A DNA stretch of 64,000 bases from Nitrospinales bacterium. Its GTDB lineage: Bacteria > Nitrospinota > Nitrospinia > Nitrospinales > JAJDAT01. Positions 9,671 to 17,293 of this stretch are shown piece after piece. The stretch covers positions 32,001-96,000 of the forward strand of contig JBHHYO010000001.1 in assembly GCA_046757665.1 (NCBI GenBank), given 5' to 3'. The number at the start of each line of letters is the position of its first letter. Position 1 is the stretch's first letter. The notes beneath the pieces are model-generated. The model ran no database searches, was not told where the DNA came from, and saw only the letters and a list, made by a program, of their open reading frames with translations. The position numbers and the translations under genes are program-made.

Positions 9671-11428
9671 ATGACCCCATCCGAGCCGAAAGGCCCTTGC
9701 GCCGGCAAGCAACTGAAAGAAACGCGAGTCGCCTTCATCGGCAATATCACCCTTCAACCCGTCCAGTCCCATCTCAGGACACTCTGCCTCGAATTGGGCT
9801 TGAAGCTTGAAATCTTTTTCGGCGGGTACGACTTGTATGTCCAGGAAATAGTTGACCCCCAATCCGGCCTGTACAAATTCAACCCCCATTTCACTTTTCT
9901 CATTCTTGACAATCAAACGCTGTTGCCCGAATTGTATAAAGATTTTTTCAGCATTGAACCCGGACGGAGACTGGAGATGGTCGAAAACAAAATGGGCCAA
10001 CTGCTGGCTCTCGCGGATCAATTTCTTGAACATTCAAATTCCGGCCTGGCGCTCGGCAATTTTCCGTTTCCGCGAAATTACCTGATGGGAATATATGATT
10101 CCAAAACGCCCGCCGGTGAACGGGAAATCCTGCAAAAGATGAATCAAACCCTGATCGATCATGTTCGATCGGTTTCCGGCAGACTCCATGTACTCGATAT
10201 CGAAAAACTGCTTGCCAATTGCGGCAAGACTGCCGCCGCCGATGAGAAGATGCGCTACCTCGCCAAAATGATGATTCCGGCAAAGGTCATGCCGTCTCTG
10301 GCGCGGGAACTCATGCGCTACATCCGTCCGGTGATGGGCATGACTCGAAAATGCCTGGTACTGGACCTGGACAACACATTATGGGGAGGGGTTCTTGGAG
10401 AAGACGGAATAGAAGGCATCAAGCTGGGATTGGAGCCGCCCGGCAATGCCTTTTACGAATTTCAGAAAACGGTGAAATCTCTGCAACACCGCGGCGTACT
10501 TCTCGCCATCAACAGCAAGAACGATCTGGAGTTGGTGCGCGAGGTTTTCCAAAAACATCCCGACATGCAACTCAAACTTGACGATTTTGCCTGTGTCCGG
10601 GCCAATTGGCAGGATAAGGCGCAGAACATGCGGGAAATTGCCGCGGAACTGAACATCGGCCTGGACAGCCTGGTTTTTATGGACGACCATCCCGCGGAGC
10701 GCTTGCTGATCCAGCAAGCGCTACCGGAAATTTTGACGGTGGACATGCCGGAGGATTGCGCGGAGTTTGCCCAAACGCTTCTGGCTCTGGATGCCTTCGA
10801 GGTCCTGCACCTTACCGAGGAGGACAGAAAAAGGAAGCGCCTTTACCGGGCGGAAGCCAAAAGAAAAGAATTGAAACGCCAGGTCACCGACCTCACCCAG
10901 TATCTGCAATCCTTGCGGATCGCCGTGCAGGTTTGCCCGGCGGATCCGTTTTCCATTCCCCGCATTGCCCAGCTAACGCAACGCACCAACCAGTTCAACT
11001 TGACGACCCGAAGATACAATGAAGCCGATATAAAAAAATTCGCCGCATCCCAGGCTCATCGCGTATACTTTCTCAAATCTTCCGACCGCTTCGGCGAACA
11101 CGGCATCGTTGGAGCCTGCATCACCCAAAAGAACGGGAGCGCCGTGGAAATCGACACGCTTCTGTTGAGTTGCCGGGTGATCGGCCGGGGAATCGAACAG
11201 GCTTTTTTGCATTTTGTTTGTAACGAAGCCCGGACGCAGGCCGCGGACAAGCTGGTTGGCCACTACCTGCCGACTCGCAAGAACCGGCTCGCGGAAAATT
11301 TTTATGCCGACGAGAAATTTGATGTCATCCTGCGCTCCGAACAGGAGACGATTTTTGAACTCGATCTCAGGCGAAAGACCGTACCGTTGCCGGCCCATAT
11401 CCGGTTGAATGCCAATTATGGACGATAA
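9671..11428 (+). CDS. FkbH-like HAD-IIIC glyceryl-transferase/phosphatase with C-terminal GNAT-like domain
   Basis: CLVLDLDNTLWGG, SKN, NWQDKAQN, FMDDHPAER, RTNQFNLTTRRY, DRFGEHG, LLSCRVIGR. Confidence 0.92.
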   Translation: MTPSEPKGPCAGKQLKETRVAFIGNITLQPVQSHLRTLCLELGLKLEIFFGGYDLYVQEIVDPQSGLYKFNPHFTFLILDNQTLLPELYKDFFSIEPGRRLEMVENKMGQLLALADQFLEHSNSGLALGNFPFPRNYLMGIYDSKTPAGEREILQKMNQTLIDHVRSVSGRLHVLDIEKLLANCGKTAAADEKMRYLAKMMIPAKVMPSLARELMRYIRPVMGMTRKCLVLDLDNTLWGGVLGEDGIEGIKLGLEPPGNAFYEFQKTVKSLQHRGVLLAINSKNDLELVREVFQKHPDMQLKLDDFACVRANWQDKAQNMREIAAELNIGLDSLVFMDDHPAERLLIQQALPEILTVDMPEDCAEFAQTLLALDAFEVLHLTEEDRKRKRLYRAEAKRKELKRQVTDLTQYLQSLRIAVQVCPADPFSIPRIAQLTQRTNQFNLTTRRYNEADIKKFAASQAHRVYFLKSSDRFGEHGIVGACITQKNGSAVEIDTLLLSCRVIGRGIEQAFLHFVCNEARTQAADKLVGHYLPTRKNRLAENFYADEKFDVILRSEQETIFELDLRRKTVPLPAHIRLNANYGR

Positions 11429-11642
11429 ATTACGCACCATCCTGGCTCAAGCTATCGATGTGGATGCCGAGGAACTAACCGATGAATCCTCGCCCGACAC
11501 CATGCCGGAATGGGATTCGTTTGCCCACTTGAATATGGTGGCAAGCATCGAACAAGAGTATGGGATCAGTCTCACCCTTGAAGAAGTCATCGAAATGCAG
11601 TCCCTCCCGAAAATCAAGGAAGTCATCGCCCGCAAACTTTAA
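11418..11642 (+). CDS. Acyl carrier protein
   Basis: Acidic 74-aa protein with WDSFAH phosphopantetheine Ser motif; overlaps the FkbH stop. Confidence 0.9.
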   Translation: MDDKLRTILAQAIDVDAEELTDESSPDTMPEWDSFAHLNMVASIEQEYGISLTLEEVIEMQSLPKIKEVIARKL

Positions 11643-11683
11643 ACCTTGCCACCCGGCGGCGCAACGGCCCGGAGGATACTCAA

Positions 11684-12643
11684 ATGGTAATGGACCAACC
11701 CGTTCCGCTTTCCCAGCCGGCGTCTCTCGACTTGTCCATTATCATCGTCAGTTTCAATACGCGGCAGATTCTGCTCGCCTGCCTGGAGTCCGTTTATGCC
11801 CGCACGCGGGACCTGGCGTTTGAGGTTCTGGTGATCGACAACAATTCCGCCGACGGTAGCGCCGACGCGGTAAAAGAGCGTTTCCCATCCGTTGGTCTCA
11901 TCAGAAACCCGGAAAACCGCGGCCTGTCCTCCGCATACAATCAGGGCATAAAGGCGTCCCGCGGCCGGTATCTGGTTTTTCTCAACAGCGATACCATTTT
12001 GACCGAAAACAGTTTTTTGAAAATCGTCCGCTACTTGGACGAACACTCCGAGTTCGGCATCGGCACCCCGCGCATCGTTGACGAAAGTAATGTCGTCAGC
12101 TCCATGCGCTTCCGGCAGGATACTCCCTGGGACGCTCTCCGCAAAATCCTGGGGAAGTATGATGGGGACAAGGAAGCCCGGGAAATGGGCAAGGAAGAAG
12201 CCAAGGAGGTCGAAGCGATCGGCGGCCCCAGTTTTTTTGTGCGCCGGACGCTCCTTGAAACCATCGGCCTGTTCGACGAAAATTATTTTTTGTACAACGA
12301 GGAGGACGACTTTTGCCGCCGCGCCCGTCGCCGCGGCCACAAAGTTCTTTATTATCCGGAAACAACCCTTGTGCATCTCCGCGGCAAAAGCACCCACCTG
12401 CCGCAAATCCGCGAAAAGGTCATCATCGAAACCTACAAGAGCAACTTGTATTTTTACGCCAAGTATTATTCCCCCGCCTGGAACCTGGTTTTAAGGCTTG
12501 CGTACCGGGGCGCCTTCATTCTGGGAATGCTGAAATCCGCGTGGCGTTGCCTCACCGGGCGGCCGCCGCGAACCGCCGACGACTCCATTGCCTTGAAATG
12601 GAAACTTCTCTTTCTGAAAACCCCGAGCGCCAGGCGGAAATAA
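11684..12643 (+). CDS. Glycosyltransferase family 2 (WbbL-like)
   Basis: LSIIIVSFN, VIDNNSADGS, FLNSDT, FDENYFLYNEEDDFC. Confidence 0.9.
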   Translation: MVMDQPVPLSQPASLDLSIIIVSFNTRQILLACLESVYARTRDLAFEVLVIDNNSADGSADAVKERFPSVGLIRNPENRGLSSAYNQGIKASRGRYLVFLNSDTILTENSFLKIVRYLDEHSEFGIGTPRIVDESNVVSSMRFRQDTPWDALRKILGKYDGDKEAREMGKEEAKEVEAIGGPSFFVRRTLLETIGLFDENYFLYNEEDDFCRRARRRGHKVLYYPETTLVHLRGKSTHLPQIREKVIIETYKSNLYFYAKYYSPAWNLVLRLAYRGAFILGMLKSAWRCLTGRPPRTADDSIALKWKLLFLKTPSARRK

Positions 12644-12662
12644 CGCGCCGGCCCAGAGCCTG

Positions 12663-12691
12663 TTGACCCTCTCCGCCGGGCGTATTATACT
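12663..12691 (+). promoter_or_regulatory. Candidate sigma70 promoter
   Basis: TTGACC, 17 bp spacer, TATACT; intergenic, about 160 nt upstream of the 12851 ATG. Confidence 0.5.
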
Positions 12692-12850
12692 TTTCACCGT
12701 TCGATGGAATCGACATTGCACCCGCTCGTCCGGACCTAAAGAAATAGCGCCTCGCAACCGATGATTACGATGTGGGAGGTCGATGATTCTTCCCGTCCTT
12801 GCCTGGAACAGCATTAACCGTCCGTCCAAAACTTAACCAGCGAGCCAAGC

Positions 12851-15034
12851 ATGTCCCTCATGGATTTTCAGTCACTCCCATGCCTTGCGATCGTCATCCT
12901 GATTGCCGTTTTATCTCGTCTGCCGTTCCTGCGCTTTCCCATGGACGAGGACATGGCCACCTTCACCTACCGCGCCCGGTTTGCCGCCAGGGGGTTTGAA
13001 TGGAAACGGGACCTGTTCGTTTTTTATCCGACTTGCCGGATGCGCCTGTTCGACGCATTGTACGGTCGCCCCGGGGGGGGCGTCTTGCGGATCCGCCTTT
13101 TTTTCATGGCGGCTCATATCGTCACTTCCCTGGCGGTTTATTCGGCCATATTCTTTCTGACGGGAAACCCTTTCGCGGCACTGTTTGGTGGAGCGAGCTA
13201 TGCGTTTTTCGCCACGGCGCCCGCGCTGTGCGCGGTTTCGTTCAATTTTGAGCCGTTGTATTTGCCGCTTCTCTTGATCGGCTTGCAACTGCTTTGGCGG
13301 GACATGATTCCCCTGGCCGGAATCTGTTTCGGACTGGCCGTCGTGCTCAAGGTTTCCACGGGGATTTATGTTCCGGTGATGATGCTGTTTGTCGCCCGTC
13401 AATACGGGTACGGAGACTCTCTGCTTTTCATGGTCGCGGCGGCGGCTCCCGGCCTGATCTCGCACGCGCTGGACTGGAGCATGGGCTATCTGGACCAGGA
13501 AGCGAAAAAACAATTCAACCTGCGCCTGGCCGCCACCCTGCGGTGCGCCAAATTGAAACGGATGTATGGAAGCATTTCACAAGACATCCGGTTGACCGTT
13601 AAACAGACCCTGCCCCTGTGGCTTGCCGGCATCCCCGGCCTGGTGATCGCTTCGACGGAAGCGCCTGGCCTTTCCATTTCCCTGTTCGCCGTGCCGACGA
13701 TAGTCATGATCCTTTGCCAGCGCGGGTTTTCCCGGTATCATTACATTCCTTTTATTGGTCTCCTGGCTCTCGGAGCGGGTCCGGCGGTCGATCGGCTTTG
13801 GCGGATGCCGGAACCCGTTGCTTTTGCCGCCGCGGCCTTGCTTGTGGCGGCGACTGTCTGGACGCTCTATCGTCTGGCTCCTTTTTATCTTCGTCCCCTG
13901 GAGGCCGAAACCCTGGCGCGATACGACAAGTTCGACCAGTTCATTTACCTGCCGTACCTGGGGAAAATCCTCAAACGCCTTGTCCGCATCCGCAAGGAAA
14001 CGGATCGCCGGCTTTTTGTTTGGGGAAACTTTATTCAGCTTTATCATGAAACCGGACTCCCCGCCGCCGACCGCTTCGCGCATTACTGCATCGGCCCCTG
14101 GGACAGCCCGGTTCTTGAAGAATATTTCGATACCGTCATCGGCGGACTGATGCGCCACCAGCCGGTTTACCTGGTCAAGGCCTTTCCCGACCTGGACATG
14201 GAGTTGCTGGAGCGAGTCACGGGTCTGCGGTACCGGCTGATCAAGGTGGCATTGGCGCGGTTTCCGATTTATCGGCTGGCGGGTTTCACGCCGCCCGCCG
14301 GCGATCCTCTTGATCTGCCGTGGCGCGAGAAAATGCGCCTGTTCGATGCGCTGACGCAGGGCGAACACGTTCCCGGTATCGACAAGACGGCGGCCGCCGG
14401 ATTGAGCAAGACCCTGAACGAATGCCGAAAGCTGTGCCGGTTGAATCCGCATGACACACAAGGCATGTGGTTTCTCGCGGAATTGCAGGACCGGCTTGGG
14501 CAAGCGGACGCGGCCGCATCCACTTGCGAAAAACTGTTGCACGAAAACCCGTCGGACCCACGGCTTCTGCTACTGCTGGCAAAACAAAAGGTAAAGCAAA
14601 ACCGGCCGGACGAAACGCGGCGCGCCCGGGAAATCTATAACGATATATGGAAACGGCCGATGCGCCCGCATGAGGACGGGCTTCGCACCCAGGCCGCGGT
14701 GGCCGTCGCCGAACTCGACTCCGGGCGGCGTCCCGAAGCGGAGACGCTGGAACGGTTTCTCGCCCGCGACCCGCGCAACGAATCGTTGGCTTACGCGCGC
14801 GCCTCGGCCCTGGAGCGCCGGGGCAATCGCGAGCAGGCGCGCCGTCTGTTCGAACAATTTACCGCCACCTTTACCAAACCCCCGCTTCAGGCGGCGGCGT
14901 GGTTCCGCCTGGCCCGCCTGTCGCCGCCGGAGCAACGCGAACAAATACTCAAGCAATGCCTGAAGCTCGATCCCGCGCATTCCGGCGCGCAAAAACTCCT
15001 GCAAGCTCTGGAGACTTGCCGTGTCGAAGCGTAA
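12851..15034 (+). CDS. GT-C-like membrane glycosyltransferase with C-terminal TPR module
   Basis: N-terminal TM followed by PMDED acidic motif, multiple TM helices, SRYHYIP motif; helical TPR-like tail. Confidence 0.65.
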   Translation: MSLMDFQSLPCLAIVILIAVLSRLPFLRFPMDEDMATFTYRARFAARGFEWKRDLFVFYPTCRMRLFDALYGRPGGGVLRIRLFFMAAHIVTSLAVYSAIFFLTGNPFAALFGGASYAFFATAPALCAVSFNFEPLYLPLLLIGLQLLWRDMIPLAGICFGLAVVLKVSTGIYVPVMMLFVARQYGYGDSLLFMVAAAAPGLISHALDWSMGYLDQEAKKQFNLRLAATLRCAKLKRMYGSISQDIRLTVKQTLPLWLAGIPGLVIASTEAPGLSISLFAVPTIVMILCQRGFSRYHYIPFIGLLALGAGPAVDRLWRMPEPVAFAAAALLVAATVWTLYRLAPFYLRPLEAETLARYDKFDQFIYLPYLGKILKRLVRIRKETDRRLFVWGNFIQLYHETGLPAADRFAHYCIGPWDSPVLEEYFDTVIGGLMRHQPVYLVKAFPDLDMELLERVTGLRYRLIKVALARFPIYRLAGFTPPAGDPLDLPWREKMRLFDALTQGEHVPGIDKTAAAGLSKTLNECRKLCRLNPHDTQGMWFLAELQDRLGQADAAASTCEKLLHENPSDPRLLLLLAKQKVKQNRPDETRRAREIYNDIWKRPMRPHEDGLRTQAAVAVAELDSGRRPEAETLERFLARDPRNESLAYARASALERRGNREQARRLFEQFTATFTKPPLQAAAWFRLARLSPPEQREQILKQCLKLDPAHSGAQKLLQALETCRVEA

Positions 15035-17180
15035 GAAAGTCGCCGTCTTCGCCACCGAACCGGTGACCGGAAGACTGGGTGGACTCGGTATTCGCCAGCT
15101 CCAGGTGGCTCGCACCCTTGCAAAATTTTTTGAGGTCCGTCTGTTCACTGAGTACCGGGTGGAACGGCATCGCGAACCTTTTCAAATTCTGCAAATCGAT
15201 TATGAACAATCCCATACCCTGGAAGAACCCGTCCGCTGGGCCGACGTCGTGTATTCCAGCCAGCCGGCGGTTGCCCCGTTCACCAAAAAATTCGGCAAGC
15301 CCGTCGCCGTGGATTTGCTGGTCCATGAGTATTTCGAGGACCTGGAGTTCCTGCCGCTCGAAACAATGGAGCCGCTGGAACAATCCGTTTATTTTTCGGA
15401 CTGCATTTTGCGGCTTTCGCGCCAGTTGGATATGGGCGATTTTTTTCTATGCTCCAACGAGCGGGAGCGGGATTTCTATCTCGGTGTCCTCACTCTTTTG
15501 GGAAAACTGATTCCCGGCACCTATCAAACGGACCCGCAGTTTCGTTTCCTGATCGACGTGGCTCCATTTGGTCTCCCAAAAAGGGAGCCGAAAAAAGGCA
15601 AGAATATTTTACGCGGCGAAATCCCCGGTATCGGCCCCAGGGATTTTCTCATCGTCTGGGGCGGGTCGCTTGCCAACTGGTTCGACAGCCTCACTCCCGT
15701 GCGGGCCATGGCCCGGCTCAAAAAAACATGCCCCAGGGCAAAGCTGGTGTTCGTCGGCAACAAGCATCCCGTCCCGGCGGAACAGCCCTCGGCTTTTCAG
15801 AAAACCGTCAACCTCGCAAAACGCCGCGGCCTTTACGGCAAAAACGTTTTTTTTTACACCGACTGGGTTCCCTACGACCGGCACGATTATTACCTGACCG
15901 AGGCGGACGCCGGAATGGTTGCCTTTCACGATCATCTTGAAAACCACTTTTCGTTTCGCATCCGGGTGGTGGATTACTTTTGGGCGGACCTCCCCGTTTT
16001 AACCAACCCCGGAAATGTGCTGAGCCGTCTTATTGAAAGCAAAAACATGGGGAAGGTTTTTCCGTTTGGGGACGACAAAAGCCTGGCGGAGGCCATCGAA
16101 TGGATGGCGGCCCATCGGGCGGGCTGTCGAAAAATGCGCCAGGACATCGCCCGCGAGAAAAAACAGTTTCACTGGGACCGGGTCCTGGCGCCTCTCATCG
16201 ACTTTTGCCGGTCGCCCCGGAAGGCCGCCACCCTGTTCGACGGCGGCAGACTGCCCGAACTGGAGCAACTGAAAAAACAGCGCCGCTTCACGCCGGAGCA
16301 ACTGTTGCGCCTTGTGCCGTCGCATCCTTACATGCGGCTGATGCTGGCCCGGAAAAGCATCCTGGAAAACAAACCGCAAAAAGCCGCCAGCCTGATAAAC
16401 GACCATTTGCGATTATTTGGCTACGGACTGGAAACCGAATTGTTTCGCCTGCCACTGCTGGACGTGCCGGGCGATTTCACCTACGAGGAAATACTTCGCC
16501 TGGTCCCCTCGCACCCCTACTCGCGGTTGATGAGGGCCAGGCTGAAAATGAACGAAAGCAAGTTTCCGCAGGCCGGAAAACTGATTGAAGAGGAAATCGA
16601 ACTGTTCGGCGAAACCGCCGAGGCCCTGTTCTGCCGCGGACTGCTTCGCCAACGGCTTGGAGAGCATCGAAAGGCAGTGGCGGATTTCGAGAGGGTTCGC
16701 CGGGAAATGCCGGAGCGGATCGACTGCTGGCTTCCCCTGGCCGGCTCGCTGGCGGAATTGGGAGACACCAAGCAGGCCAAAAAACTCTACGCCCAGGCAT
16801 GGAACAAGGCTCAGGGCAGGGGGGGAGAGGGAATCCGCGCCCGCGTCGCGGCGGCCATGGCGAAGCTGGAGGCCCCCCGCAGGCCGGAACATGAAACCTG
16901 GGCGCTCTACGAACAACGCGACCCCTGCAACGAAGCGCTGGCGTATGCACACGCCTCGGCGCTGGAACGCGCCGGAAAAACCGGTGAGGCCCGCTCCCGT
17001 TTCGCATCCTTCACCAAAATTTTCCGGAATGAAAAAATCCGGGCGGGAGCCTGGTTCCGTCTGGCGCGGCTGTCTCCACAAAACCAGCGGGGGAAAATGC
17101 TTCGGGCCGCTTTAAAACTGGACCCCTCGCATTCCGCGGCGCGGGAAATGCTACGGCAATTGCGGAACAACGCGGATTAA
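15021..17180 (+). CDS. Glycosyltransferase family 4-like with TPR repeats
   Basis: LGGLGIR N-terminal loop, WGGSLANWFD, ENHFSFRIRVVDYFWADLPVL; C-terminal TPRs. Confidence 0.8.
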   Translation: MSKRKKVAVFATEPVTGRLGGLGIRQLQVARTLAKFFEVRLFTEYRVERHREPFQILQIDYEQSHTLEEPVRWADVVYSSQPAVAPFTKKFGKPVAVDLLVHEYFEDLEFLPLETMEPLEQSVYFSDCILRLSRQLDMGDFFLCSNERERDFYLGVLTLLGKLIPGTYQTDPQFRFLIDVAPFGLPKREPKKGKNILRGEIPGIGPRDFLIVWGGSLANWFDSLTPVRAMARLKKTCPRAKLVFVGNKHPVPAEQPSAFQKTVNLAKRRGLYGKNVFFYTDWVPYDRHDYYLTEADAGMVAFHDHLENHFSFRIRVVDYFWADLPVLTNPGNVLSRLIESKNMGKVFPFGDDKSLAEAIEWMAAHRAGCRKMRQDIAREKKQFHWDRVLAPLIDFCRSPRKAATLFDGGRLPELEQLKKQRRFTPEQLLRLVPSHPYMRLMLARKSILENKPQKAASLINDHLRLFGYGLETELFRLPLLDVPGDFTYEEILRLVPSHPYSRLMRARLKMNESKFPQAGKLIEEEIELFGETAEALFCRGLLRQRLGEHRKAVADFERVRREMPERIDCWLPLAGSLAELGDTKQAKKLYAQAWNKAQGRGGEGIRARVAAAMAKLEAPRRPEHETWALYEQRDPCNEALAYAHASALERAGKTGEARSRFASFTKIFRNEKIRAGAWFRLARLSPQNQRGKMLRAALKLDPSHSAAREMLRQLRNNAD

Positions 17181-17293
17181 CCTCGCGCGAACGAAGCGTT
17201 GTCTCTTCAAGATTCTGTTTTATCCGCCGAAAAGGTTATAATGGCCCGTTCGCCCCTTTTGGGGTCCTCAAGCAATCGACAGAGGAATCGACG

